From: Candidatus Melainabacteria bacterium 17Bon1m | GTDB taxonomy: Bacteria; Cyanobacteriota; Vampirovibrionia; Obscuribacterales; Obscuribacteraceae | Direction: 5' to 3' | DNA length: 64,000 nt | NCBI GenBank assembly: GCA_032128875.1 | Contig: JAVLKG010000007.1 | Location: forward strand, 128,001-192,000 | Shown here: positions 1 to 10,082 of the stretch, piece by piece | Numbering within the stretch: position 1 is the first letter of the stretch | How the letters are laid out: every line of letters begins with the position of its first letter | The notes under the pieces: model-generated | Database searches by the model: none | What the model saw: only the letters and a program-made list of their open reading frames with translations | Told to the model about the DNA's origin: nothing | Program-made: the position numbers and the translations under genes

Positions 1-3000
1 CACCGGCTGCGGGGTCGATAACTTTTGTTCCGCACTCTCCACAAAAACGCGCGGTGGGATCAAGTGGAGCCTGGCAGGAAACACAAGTAGGAATGCGAAC
101 GCCGAGCTTGTAGCCGCACTCTCCGCAGAAGTTAGAACCACCTTCCAGACGAGCCGAACACTCAGGGCAATGAGGAGCATCATCATCGCCTTGCGCGAAA
201 CTCTGCACTGGTTGTTGAACGGGCTGTTGAACGCTACCATTCGGCTGAACCGGCTGCTGCATTGCCGGTTGCTGCGGGACACCTTGAGGAGGGTGGTATT
301 GTGGTTGAGGCGTGCCTTGCTGTGGTGTTTGTGGCAACATCGGACGAGCTGCAACCTCAGGAAAAGCGCTTTCCGCCTCGGTTTCTTCGGGCGTATCTTT
401 ATAAACTTGCGGTACATCTTCAGAACGCTGACCGCGCGAAAGACCACCTTTTATTCCACCCCAAGCGACGTTCTTTCCTTTTTTGCCGATGTTATCTGGA
501 ATCGCAGGCACTGTGCCCATTCCCGGCAAGGATTCGTCGTTTTCAATGGCGTTGTATACACCGCCCTCCGATACCACAGGTGGTGCGGGCGGTGGCACTG
601 GAGGCGTAGCAGGCGTCTCCACAGGACTTTGGAATGACTCTGGATACAAAGGCGAAATCTGCGGACGCTGCGGACCTTTACGGACAGGAGTACCAATATC
701 CTTCGGCTTATCCGGGTCATGACCAGCGGGCAATGGCACACTCAAGTTAGGAGCAATTGGCGTGGGACCTTGCTCCATCCAGCTTCCACGATGGTGTTCT
801 CCAGCGCCTGTCTGGTACTTATCACCAACGATATGCTCATGTGAATGGAAGGGACTTGGAGGCGGCGGAGGCTGCTCAGGAGCTGCTGGCTCAGCCGCTA
901 CGGGCGCTTCTGCTGCTTGCGCTGCAATAGATTCCTGAGCTGCTGGTTGCTGCGGAGCACCCTGTTGAATTGGCGCACCTGGCTGAGCCGGAACACCCGG
1001 TTGAGGCGGCATCGCATTCACGTCCCCAGTTTGTTTTACCAGGTCTGGAGTTTCTGCAGAATGCTCTTTACCCTGCGAAGACCACTGTTGCAGCAAGGGC
1101 TTTTGTGCCTGCGCCGCTGGTTGAACCGGAACGTTCGTCTGTATGGGTTGGCCTGGTTGAAGCGGCGGTGCCTGAATGTGCGGCTGCGTTGGCGGAGGCG
1201 GCGGAGGCGGGGGCTGCATAGGCGAGTCCCACGGATTTGGCGCTGGTGGTTGACCTGCAGGGGATTGTACCGCTGGTGGCTGAGCGGCCGACGACTTTGT
1301 ATCACCAACATTGACCGGTGCAACAAAAGTCTGAATGATAAAGCCTTCCTCGTCCACCTCAGGCTCTTCCGATTTCACCGCCGCCTGCAATGGTGAAGCT
1401 ACATCAGCCGGAAGCTGACCAAACGCAGCGGCAGCCGCAGCTGCAATGATATCCACATCTGCAGCAATAGGCTCTGGAACAGGTGCAAAATGCTCAAGGG
1501 GGGCTGGCGGTGGCGCTTCTACCTTAACTGCAGCTGGCTCGGGAAGAGCTGGGGACTGTGTAACGACGAGCGGTTCTGGAGCAGTAGGCGTCGGCGCTGG
1601 TTCTGGAACGGCCGGAGTTGGCTCCGCCGCCACTTCAACATTCTTGCCCTTGCGCCCTTTCCTGCCTTTAGCCGGAGTGACAGGTGTTTCTGCGGCAGAA
1701 GCAGCAATTTCAGATGACGGTGGCGGAGCGACCAACGGAGCTGGGGCAGATGGCGTTGCCGCGGGCGGGAGCCCGGATGCATTCGATGGTATCTGAGGCC
1801 TGGGTCTGAATACCGAATTGTCTTTCAACTTCGGCAAATTCAGTTGAGATGGATTCGGATCAGGAATTACAAATCCAGCCGGTAAACCAGGATGCGTGCG
1901 CGCCGCAGCCTTAGCCGCTTCATTCACGATTGCCTTATTCGCTATTCCTGCTATTTCCGGCGCGGACTTATCGTCGATAAGCGGTTCTTCATCGGGACCT
2001 ATCGGAATACCAAACACGTTGTATTTAATACCGGCAGCTTCCTTGGCTTCAGGCGCAGGCACTGCTGAAGGCGCCGCGGCGGCCGGCTGTACAGGCGCCA
2101 TGTGTTGAAGAACATTCTGCTGTGTCGCTTGAAACAGCGGATCTGGAGCTTCAAGCGGCTTACTGGAGAAAGAATGCTGCGGGGCTTGTGAAGCAGTTTG
2201 CGCTGTTGGGAGATTCGGCAAAACATGAGGCATTGCTGGAGGAGGAGTATTTTCCCTCGCCGCTGCGGATTGCTGCAATGGAGCAAGTAACTCATCCAGC
2301 ATTGGGTCGGGACGAATCGGAATGGACTCAGCCACTGGCTTAGAGACAACCGGCTTGATGATTACGGGCAAATCATCGTTTATCAAACCCGGATCCGGTT
2401 TGACAGGTATTGCGGCAGGTGAAGACTGTGCTGCCACCATGGGAGGTGCCTGCTGGGGCTGAGACTGAGGTTGTGGTCTGACAGGTATAGCATGAGGCGG
2501 ACTTGGCTGAACAGGCGGCAAAGTCTGCGGCTGTGACGGCATCGGAGCAGTCACTGGTTTGACTGGAACGATTTGAATTTGAGGCTGCGGTGGTGGCGCC
2601 GGGGGCGGAGGTAGTGGCGCCGGAGGAGGTGGTGGTGGCGCTTGCACCGGCTGCTGCACCGGCTGCGGCTGCACTTGGTGCGGAACAGGCTGTTGTGCTG
2701 GCTGGGGTGACGCCGCTTGTTGCACAACCTGCGGCTGAACTGGTTGTTGCACAGGTTGAACAGGGGCCTGAGCAGGAGCCTTCGAAGGCATGCCTGGGTC
2801 TGGCAACACTGGAATGTTGGACGCCGGTGTATGAGCCACATTCGGCTTCGCCCCAGGCTGCATACCCGGATCCGGTTTTACAGGAATCGCCGCCGCGGCT
2901 CCACCTTGTTGTGCCGATTTTGCAGCCGGCTTTACTACTCCAGGATCTGGCTTGACCGGGATTTGATCCGGTTTTACGGGAATTTGATCCGGCTTTGCAG

Positions 3001-5959
3001 GACGCTTCGGTTCGACCGGAGCTATCGTCGCCGGAGGAGGTGGAGGAGGCGGTGGTGTTGCCGGTGCAGCGGCTTGAACGACGGGAAGTGGCTGTCCACC
3101 AGCCTTTGGTGCGGCCAACTGAAATCCGCCTTCCGCAAGGAAAAAACTAGGAAGCAGCGACTCGCCATTGAATGATGATGGACTCGAAAGGTACAAAGCC
3201 TCTCTCGTTCTTGTTATTGCAAGATAAAACAGACGACGTTCTTCTTCCAGATCGTTCACATCAGATGGGAATAGCCCATCAGACATACCGACAACAAAAA
3301 CGATTGGGTACTCCAATCCCTTTGTCTCATTGACATTCAAAATCCGGACTGGGCCTTCATTTCCTTCGCCCTTGTCTTGCTGCCGTGCGCTCCATGTTTT
3401 TACAAACTCAGAAACGCTCTTATATTGGCGAGCTTCCTCCTCCAATTGAGCAAGTTTTCTCAGCGGCTCATAATTGACTCCAGCTGGCACTTTGATTGAT
3501 TTGTAAAACTCATTGAGGCGCTGCGTACGTTTCAAAAGCGAAATCGTTTCTGCCGGCGGAAGTTTTTCCGCGTGCATGGTACGAATGATGCGAACGAGCT
3601 GTGCTAGGTCGATGCAAGAAGGATCTGAAACAGCTTCCGAATAGATCTCGACTGCCTTCAAATAAGAAAGATTGTTCGCCTCACCAAAACTGGCTATAGT
3701 TGCGGATAATTTCGGATCAACCTCTTTCACGCGCAATTGGCAAATACGTTCGAAAGACTCTCGCGCTTTTGGACCGTCAGGATCCATAACCAGCCTCAAG
3801 AACGCCATGACATCGCCGACTTCGTCCGGGATCATGCCAGCGTCAGGATGGGTCGCAATACAACGAATATTGCGTCGCGAAAGAGCCTCTTCAATCAGAA
3901 TTGCATAGCTGTTCTGCCGATAAAGCACAACAATCTCGCCGGATTGCCTGCCACTATCTATGAGTATCTGCACCTCATCTGCAACCCACTCGGACTCTGC
4001 CATCTCATCGGCAAGAATCTGCGGTCCGATGACTGCCTCTGTAGGTGCTGGTCCCCAGCCAGTCGTGAAATCCTTTTGCATACGGCGACGCTCGAGAGCG
4101 CGCACCACATGACGTGCATTCTCGACAATTGCAGGGTGACACCGCCAGTTTTTATCGAGTGTGTAACATCTTGCATTCGGGAGGCGCAGCGACACTTCAG
4201 GCAAAAGACGCGGCAAACTCCCCTTCGCCTCCCAGATAGTGAGATCTTCATCGCCCAGGATGAAGAGATTGTCCTGAGGGAAAGAAAGCAAGCGTGCGAG
4301 TAAATCCATCGCTGCAGAGGCATCTTGATACTCATCAATAAGCACGTATTCGAACTGATATTGATAGCGCGCACGCACATCAGCGTTTTCAACCAGCAAA
4401 TTGGCGGACAAAGTAATCATGTCATCGCGGTCAACGCGATTGGCTTTCTGCAATTGGTCTTCGTACGCCTGAAAAACCTTTGCGACCAGCTCATCAACAT
4501 CACCTTTGCCGCGCTCTTTAACGTGCTTGGGTGCAACCAAATTCGCTTTGTAGAGTGAAATCAATGACACAAGAGTAAACTCGTCGAGCTCTTCGGAAAG
4601 CTCAAGCGTTACCGGGTCGAGGTCCTTTTTATACTTCTGCAAAAGACGCTGAATCACTTTCAGAACATTTTGCTCAACCTTCAAAGGAGGCTTGCGTTTT
4701 ATTGCTGAAAGGTTTTCCTTTAGTATCTTCAGACCTAGATCATGCCAAGTAAAGAAGTTGACCTTTTGCGCAAGGAGCTTGTCGCCAATTTCATCGACCA
4801 TTGCTCGAAGCGGTGTAAGCGTTTCTTTTGAAAAGCTGATTACAAGAATCGATTCAGGATTGATACCTTGATTGAGCAAGTTGACTACGCGGTGAGCAAG
4901 CACGGTGGTCTTGCCGCATCCTGCACCACCAGTAATGGCAGCAGGACCGGCGCCGTGCGATATCGCCATGCGCTGCACTTCGTCTTCAACAACCAGCTCC
5001 GGCACAACAATATTGGCGTTGCCTTGAATCAGGCGTCCAAACGAGGACTTCTTCAACCCGCCGCGCCATACGTCTTCTACAGCATCAGCACAAGCAACTA
5101 CGTTGCTCATAATTTCCGAGTTAGTCAAGCGAACAATGCGCCAACCATCACTAAGCAGTTCTAGATTCTTCTTCGCTTCTGCGGAATATGAGCTACCGCC
5201 ATCGAGTGACGACACATTATCTATCTCGACATCCAATTTTGAATGACGATTGAAGATTGCAAAGTCCAGCATGTAGTCGCCGACCACATGCATTGGAGTT
5301 ATCGGAAATTCCCTCGCCTTGAGTGTTTTATAAAGATAGTACTCAGCCTTCAGCATCGGAGGCAGTCCTTCCTCTTTCATCTGGCTGAAGTGGTGCAAAT
5401 CAATTGTGGTTGCTTCGAGGATGTAGAGAACCTTCTCCCAGGTCACTTTTCGACCTGCGTACTCAAGGTCCTCGCAGTTACCACCTAAGCTAATCAACTC
5501 GTAGTAGTCGTGCTTTGTAGTGATAAGCAAAGGCTTACCGTTCAAAGCCCGTGGATACAGAATGTGATGGTAGAGATACCAGAGCTGTTGTGCTGTTTGC
5601 GGCGGCGTGAAGTTGTTGATAACCGTTACTGGCGCACCGGTCAGATCAAGCTCGAACTGCGTTGCGACAGGTCTGCCGAACGATGTTCCGCGCACAGCCT
5701 GGTCCCACAGCCTTGCGGCCTGCTGATAAATTGCAGCTCCTTCGACAACTGCCGGTGTGATGCCGCGTGATTTCAGGTTGATGACGGCAGATTCAACATA
5801 TGGTTCTGCTGCTTCGTCGAAGTTGGAAACTAGAAGACCGCGCGTGGAGCCCTTATAAAGCCCAACTGTCTCAACAAACCAATGCAATGCCTCCCTGCAA
5901 TCTATAGGCTGCACGGGCATCTTGTTAGGTTGTTCGGACTCACGCTGACCTTTGGCCAA
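1..5959 (-). CDS. Giant UvrD/PcrA-like SF1 helicase fusion (N-terminal domain + DUF559/Vsr-like domain + helicase + Pro-rich linker + double zinc ribbon); 3' end outside window
   Basis: Hand translation of the minus strand from TTG 5959 (alt ATG 5920) gives Walker A GGAGCGKTT, motif II VLIDEYQD, TKGLEYPIVFV and EEERRLFYLAITR. C-terminus reads CPEC...FCGECG...CVSC...FCGECG. The same frame holds at both ends; absence from the ORF track fits having no stop in the window. Confidence 0.85.
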   Translation of the reverse strand, partial: MAKGQRESEQPNKMPVQPIDCREALHWFVETVGLYKGSTRGLLVSNFDEAAEPYVESAVINLKSRGITPAVVEGAAIYQQAARLWDQAVRGTSFGRPVATQFELDLTGAPVTVINNFTPPQTAQQLWYLYHHILYPRALNGKPLLITTKHDYYELISLGGNCEDLEYAGRKVTWEKVLYILEATTIDLHHFSQMKEEGLPPMLKAEYYLYKTLKAREFPITPMHVVGDYMLDFAIFNRHSKLDVEIDNVSSLDGGSSYSAEAKKNLELLSDGWRIVRLTNSEIMSNVVACADAVEDVWRGGLKKSSFGRLIQGNANIVVPELVVEDEVQRMAISHGAGPAAITGGAGCGKTTVLAHRVVNLLNQGINPESILVISFSKETLTPLRAMVDEIGDKLLAQKVNFFTWHDLGLKILKENLSAIKRKPPLKVEQNVLKVIQRLLQKYKKDLDPVTLELSEELDEFTLVSLISLYKANLVAPKHVKERGKGDVDELVAKVFQAYEDQLQKANRVDRDDMITLSANLLVENADVRARYQYQFEYVLIDEYQDASAAMDLLARLLSFPQDNLFILGDEDLTIWEAKGSLPRLLPEVSLRLPNARCYTLDKNWRCHPAIVENARHVVRALERRRMQKDFTTGWGPAPTEAVIGPQILADEMAESEWVADEVQILIDSGRQSGEIVVLYRQNSYAILIEEALSRRNIRCIATHPDAGMIPDEVGDVMAFLRLVMDPDGPKARESFERICQLRVKEVDPKLSATIASFGEANNLSYLKAVEIYSEAVSDPSCIDLAQLVRIIRTMHAEKLPPAETISLLKRTQRLNEFYKSIKVPAGVNYEPLRKLAQLEEEARQYKSVSEFVKTWSARQQDKGEGNEGPVRILNVNETKGLEYPIVFVVGMSDGLFPSDVNDLEEERRLFYLAITRTREALYLSSPSSFNGESLLPSFFLAEGGFQLAAPKAGGQPLPVVQAAAPATPPPPPPPPATIAPVEPKRPAKPDQIPVKPDQIPVKPDPGVVKPAAKSAQQGGAAAAIPVKPDPGMQPGAKPNVAHTPASNIPVLPDPGMPSKAPAQAPVQPVQQPVQPQVVQQAASPQPAQQPVPHQVQPQPVQQPVQAPPPPPPAPLPPPPAPPPQPQIQIVPVKPVTAPMPSQPQTLPPVQPSPPHAIPVRPQPQSQPQQAPPMVAAQSSPAAIPVKPDPGLINDDLPVIIKPVVSKPVAESIPIRPDPMLDELLAPLQQSAAARENTPPPAMPHVLPNLPTAQTASQAPQHSFSSKPLEAPDPLFQATQQNVLQHMAPVQPAAAAPSAVPAPEAKEAAGIKYNVFGIPIGPDEEPLIDDKSAPEIAGIANKAIVNEAAKAAARTHPGLPAGFVIPDPNPSQLNLPKLKDNSVFRPRPQIPSNASGLPPAATPSAPAPLVAPPPSSEIAASAAETPVTPAKGRKGRKGKNVEVAAEPTPAVPEPAPTPTAPEPLVVTQSPALPEPAAVKVEAPPPAPLEHFAPVPEPIAADVDIIAAAAAAAFGQLPADVASPLQAAVKSEEPEVDEEGFIIQTFVAPVNVGDTKSSAAQPPAVQSPAGQPPAPNPWDSPMQPPPPPPPPTQPHIQAPPLQPGQPIQTNVPVQPAAQAQKPLLQQWSSQGKEHSAETPDLVKQTGDVNAMPPQPGVPAQPGAPIQQGAPQQPAAQESIAAQAAEAPVAAEPAAPEQPPPPPSPFHSHEHIVGDKYQTGAGEHHRGSWMEQGPTPIAPNLSVPLPAGHDPDKPKDIGTPVRKGPQRPQISPLYPESFQSPVETPATPPVPPPAPPVVSEGGVYNAIENDESLPGMGTVPAIPDNIGKKGKNVAWGGIKGGLSRGQRSEDVPQVYKDTPEETEAESAFPEVAARPMLPQTPQQGTPQPQYHPPQGVPQQPAMQQPVQPNGSVQQPVQQPVQSFAQGDDDAPHCPECSARLEGGSNFCGECGYKLGVRIPTCVSCQAPLDPTARFCGECGTKVIDPAAG

Positions 5960-6318
5960 TTGCAAAACCCTTTCGACAGCGGAAATTGCTGACCTTTGTA
6001 CGGGATGTAGATGATTCTACTTGATAACCTTATTACTTGAAAACTATAGCTATGTATCTAATACCTGGTCCTTCGAGTTTTTACTCAAGTAGCCGATAAT
6101 CAGATTAATTCTCACAGCCATGGCTCCAAAGGCCCGTCATTTGGCTGTTAACGGATTTAACACAGGGTCGTCTTGACATTATCACTGTGGAATAGGGAAT
6201 AGTACAATGGACCTGTGGTTCTATATGAACGTATGGAACTTCATGGCAACCGGCATTCTAAGATGGTTTCCGTTATTAGGGGCCGCCAGGAACCTCAGCA
6301 AAGGAGAGGACGTTTTCT

Positions 6319-6576
6319 ATGAGACAAGCATTCCTAGCTTTGTCAGTTTTACTTGTAGCTTCGTTACCAGCTAACGCACAAGCCTGCGGAGATGAAGGTC
6401 GTTATTTCCACCTTAAGCCTCCGTCTTGGACACTCACATCTGCAAGAAGACACGCCGTGCACCGCATGGCTAAAGCACTTCGTTGGTACCGTGAGCACCT
6501 CGGCAACAAACCGATCTGCGAACAATCCAACATCCAGGGTATTCAGTGGACCCAAGTTAACCCGCCAACCCGCTAA
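6319..6576 (+). CDS. Small secreted protein (85 aa)
   Basis: SD-like GAGGA upstream of ATG; signal peptide MRQAFLALSVLLVASLPANA; two Cys. Confidence 0.6.
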   Translation: MRQAFLALSVLLVASLPANAQACGDEGRYFHLKPPSWTLTSARRHAVHRMAKALRWYREHLGNKPICEQSNIQGIQWTQVNPPTR

Positions 6577-6638
6577 GAGTCAGACAGACATTTACGTCAG
6601 TTCTCTCTCCGCCGCGTAAGGCAGTGTTCACTTAGTTT

Positions 6639-6667
6639 GGCAAGCATGCTAGTCATGCTTGCCTTTC
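6639..6667 (+). terminator. Hairpin, probable intrinsic terminator
   Basis: GGCAAGCATG-ctagt-CATGCTTGCC followed by TTT, downstream of the 6319-6576 gene. Confidence 0.55.
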
Positions 6668-6809
6668 CTGGTATCTTTCAAAACCGTCAAATAATCGCGC
6701 AAACTCTGCGTCTGGTTATGTTGGCGGTTTTTCTGCGTCTGGATTTTGTTTCAGCGAACCCCAGGTTCTATAAAAAGACCTCACTCACCACTCAAAAGGA
6801 GACATCGTA

Positions 6810-6845
6810 ATGCTCAAGGTCATAAGGAATAAAGGATCCAGCTAA
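6810..6845 (+). CDS. Upstream mini-ORF MLKVIRNKGSS (possible leader peptide)
   Basis: AAGGAG SD before ATG 6810; TAA at 6843-6845, 1 nt before the TTG of the methyltransferase. Confidence 0.45.
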   Translation: MLKVIRNKGSS

Positions 6846-6846
6846 C

Positions 6847-7479
6847 TTGATTGATTTGAATTCGAACGACTCATCGCACCTTATCGACGACGGGAAGGGG
6901 ATAGTGGTGGACTTAGGGACCGGAGACGGTCGCTTTGTCTGCCAGAGCGCCCGTCAAAACCCTCACAAGTTCTATCTGGGAATCGACGCATCCTCGAATC
7001 TTCTGGAAAAGACATCGGAGAAAATCCATCGTAAGCCTGCCAAAGGCGGGCTGAAGAATGCTCTTTTCATTCAGGCGGCGGTGGAGGCGCTCCCTGAAGA
7101 GCTTGATGGTGTTGCCAATGAGGTGCACATTCACTTTCCATGGGGCAGTCTCCTCAAGGGGGTTGCCACCGGGGATGAAACCATGCTGAAAAACATCCAC
7201 CGCATTTGTGCACCAGATGCGGTATTGGAGGTGTTAATCGGAGTTGATGAGCAACGTGACGCCACAGAACTACGGCGCCTGGGAATCGACAGCTTGTCAG
7301 CTGATCTGATCGATGCAAAGTTAGCGCAGCGATACAAAGCTAGCGGATTTCGCATCATCGAAACCGGCACGTTTTCAGCAGGTAATTGGCCGAACATTTG
7401 CACATCCTGGGCGCAGCGATTGAAAACAAATGACAATCGCAATCTCGTTTACATCATTGCTACAACAGCGAAAGCGTAG
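6847..7479 (+). CDS. 16S rRNA (adenine1408-N1)-methyltransferase, NpmA/KamB/Kmr family (aminoglycoside resistance type)
   Basis: DLGTGDG SAM motif, RKPAKGGLKNALF, FPWGSLL and TSWAQRL match the NpmA/KamB signatures, including the two Trp residues. Confidence 0.85.
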   Translation: MIDLNSNDSSHLIDDGKGIVVDLGTGDGRFVCQSARQNPHKFYLGIDASSNLLEKTSEKIHRKPAKGGLKNALFIQAAVEALPEELDGVANEVHIHFPWGSLLKGVATGDETMLKNIHRICAPDAVLEVLIGVDEQRDATELRRLGIDSLSADLIDAKLAQRYKASGFRIIETGTFSAGNWPNICTSWAQRLKTNDNRNLVYIIATTAKA

Positions 7480-7613
7480 TGGTGCATCACATTTAACTGA
7501 ATTGCGAAGACCACCTACTCATCGACTCTGCTGCGACGCGCGCTTGAGTCTTATCGCTATTCATTTCAAATGCTCTGTTGAGTGAAAGTCATGAAACAGA
7601 GCAAGAGCGAAAA

Positions 7614-8171
7614 TTATCGCGTTTCTTGTGATTCAAACTTTGTTTGCGCAAGCTCAAAAGCAGTCAGAATAGCTTGGATATCGTCTCTTTGGCGCTGCGT
7701 ATCGCTGCGATACACGCCGTTGTTGTACTTCACACCAATTTCCCAGAGGTCATCGCGAGTCAATTCATCCTTGTTGTCCTTAACGAAATTGACCATCCGA
7801 TCCCAACTGCCTCTATCCATCAAACCAGCCATAACTTGAATATCTTGTCCATGATAGCGACCGCTGCTATGGGCGGACTCCAATTCCGCGCGGCTTATGC
7901 CGCCACTCTTATCAGCATCCAAACTGCTAAACATTTCCAGAGCATGAACGGTAAATGAGTTAACTCCTGGAATTTGCTCGTCGCTTACCGTTCTATTTGA
8001 ATCATTCACGTCTCTCAAATGTATAGTCTCTGCTTCCTTTTGCGGTTTTGCGTAGGCGGTAGAAGCCTCATTTTCCCAGGCATTGCCGTCTTCGGAACCA
8101 TGCTGTTCTGGGAGATCGGCAGTTTCCACAGGTGGGACAAAGACGTAATCTTGTTGCGATGATTTGCTCAT
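7614..8171 (-). CDS. EF-hand-containing hypothetical protein
   Basis: DADKSGGISRAE is a canonical EF-hand loop; likely start ATG 8171 (ORF track start 8246). Confidence 0.6.
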   Translation of the reverse strand: MSKSSQQDYVFVPPVETADLPEQHGSEDGNAWENEASTAYAKPQKEAETIHLRDVNDSNRTVSDEQIPGVNSFTVHALEMFSSLDADKSGGISRAELESAHSSGRYHGQDIQVMAGLMDRGSWDRMVNFVKDNKDELTRDDLWEIGVKYNNGVYRSDTQRQRDDIQAILTAFELAQTKFESQETR

Positions 8172-8389
8172 GGAGAAATCGCTCCGAATTGCGAGTGGGG
8201 AGACAAGAGGCTTGTATTCGAGAGGAGAGATTGAGGGGGAGCTCAATCAATCTGGAGACTTGCGGGGGGTTGCAATCACCATAAAGCGCAATTTGGAAAT
8301 TTTGCGGTAGCGCCGCAAGCTAGAACCATCCGGAACAAGAGTTGAGAGCCATTAAAGACAAAAATAAAGAGCCAAAATGAATTAGCACC

Positions 8390-10066
8390 CTATTTGGTAT
8401 CACCAGCAGTCGGAAGCTTACTCATAGGAGATGCGCTAGTGAAGCTCCAGCGCGCTGCATTGAACAACGGATTGTCCCATGGGACGCCTGTCTTTCTTTG
8501 CGTTCCCAAGCTGATGTTAGTAAGGGTGTTTTGATGCGCAAGCATCAGCTTTGGCTGCACGACGAAAACCCATGGCACCCGTTTTGCAAGTATAGATTGC
8601 ATCTCGGAATAAACGCGTTTTCTATCCTGAAGCGAAGTCGCCGTGCGCCCCTTCTGTATTAGTTCATCAACAACAGGATCATTGAATCGCGAAAAATTCA
8701 TTGGACCTTTACTCGACCAAATCAAGTAACAGTCGGGATCAGGACCAGATGACCGGCTCCACAAAGTGACGTCGTAGTCGCCCTTCTGCAAATATCTGTG
8801 ACGTAAGGCAGCAAACTCAACCACCTCAACTTCACAAGGAATATGAGCTCTCCTGAGCTGTCCTGCAATGGCTTCTGCAATATCCGACGAATCTTTCGTT
8901 GATTTGATACGAAAGGCCAACAGTTGTTCTTTGCCGTCCTTCTGCCGCACATAACCTTGTTTTCCCAATCTAAAGCCTTGCTGTTCGAGAATTTCGCGGG
9001 CTTTCCGCTGGTCATAGCCGTACGTTTTTACCGTCTTATCGAAAGACCATCGCCCTTCGGCAGAATCGCTTGTAGGCAGCACTCCAAAGTCCCCGTACAG
9101 CTTGCTCAAAATATCCTGGCGGTTAACACAGTGTGCGATTGCCTGACGGACAGCATCTTCGTCAAAAGGTGACCGCGCTAGATTGAAACCCAAATAAATA
9201 GTTCTGGAGCCAGCAAATGCATCCAGCACAACATTTTCTTGCTTGCTCAAATAGTATTTCCAGGCTCTTGCGTCCACCTGCGCCACTTGAACATCACCAC
9301 GGCTGAGCGCCATCGACAACAAACTCATGTCTGGTATAACGCGCCAGATAAGCCGTTTAACATCAGGCTGCTTGCCCCAGTAATATGGATTTGGTTCAAA
9401 AACCAGCTCCAGCCCTGACTCCCAACGCCTTAAGCAAAATGGTCCAGACGAAACAGGCTGCCGCATCAACGCGCGTTTGCCTTTGTCCACAGAGGAAAGT
9501 AATACCGCAGGCAGGATTTTCAGTTCGACAAGGCGGGACAAAAGCGGCGCGCATGGACGGCTGAGCTTCAGTGTGATGATGTTTGTATCGCCAATGACTT
9601 CTTTCACATCCCGGTAATCATCTTTGTATGGAGAGATCTTTGACGATGCAGCGTTAATCGACTGGATAACGTCTTCAGTAGAAATCCTCGTCCCATCGGA
9701 GAAGCGGAGGTTTTTTCGCAACCAAAACTTGTAAGTCAAACCATCCGGGGATATCTCGAACCGCTCGGCAAGCCCAGGAACGATATCGGTATCTGCGCCG
9801 TAACTAACAAGACCTTCGTAAACCAGTGTTTGTCCGTAATAGGAAGCCGAGTCGACTGCGCGAAGCGGATAAAAACCAACGGGCTCCCAATTCATGCCGA
9901 AGACAACGGTCTTTCTCTTTTCTGCAGCAAGCGCCGCGCTATTGCCAGCAACCCCGCTTTCGCCGGCTCCTTTTCCCACGGCTTGAAACGCCAGCAGCAA
10001 ACACACTAATGCTAAGCCAGCCAGCATCAAGCTAAAGCGAAGCACCGAACCCTTTGATTTGCTCAA
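8390..10066 (-). CDS. ABC transporter substrate-binding protein, family 5 (OppA/DppA-like)
   Basis: VYEGLV...PGLAERFEISPDGLTYKFWLRKNLRFSDG, SGPF, NPYYWG and VRQAIAHCVNR; N-terminal signal/anchor. Confidence 0.9.
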   Translation of the reverse strand: MSKSKGSVLRFSLMLAGLALVCLLLAFQAVGKGAGESGVAGNSAALAAEKRKTVVFGMNWEPVGFYPLRAVDSASYYGQTLVYEGLVSYGADTDIVPGLAERFEISPDGLTYKFWLRKNLRFSDGTRISTEDVIQSINAASSKISPYKDDYRDVKEVIGDTNIITLKLSRPCAPLLSRLVELKILPAVLLSSVDKGKRALMRQPVSSGPFCLRRWESGLELVFEPNPYYWGKQPDVKRLIWRVIPDMSLLSMALSRGDVQVAQVDARAWKYYLSKQENVVLDAFAGSRTIYLGFNLARSPFDEDAVRQAIAHCVNRQDILSKLYGDFGVLPTSDSAEGRWSFDKTVKTYGYDQRKAREILEQQGFRLGKQGYVRQKDGKEQLLAFRIKSTKDSSDIAEAIAGQLRRAHIPCEVEVVEFAALRHRYLQKGDYDVTLWSRSSGPDPDCYLIWSSKGPMNFSRFNDPVVDELIQKGRTATSLQDRKRVYSEMQSILAKRVPWVFVVQPKLMLAHQNTLTNISLGTQRKTGVPWDNPLFNAARWSFTSASPMSKLPTAGDTK

Positions 10067-10082
10067 AACAGTCCCAAACAGC

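Noticed and set aside
170-5770. Many short ORFs on both strands
   Set aside because: They overlap the single long minus-strand helicase frame.
6173-6208. TTGACA...TACAAT promoter
   Set aside because: Spacer of about 24 bp does not fit a sigma70 promoter.
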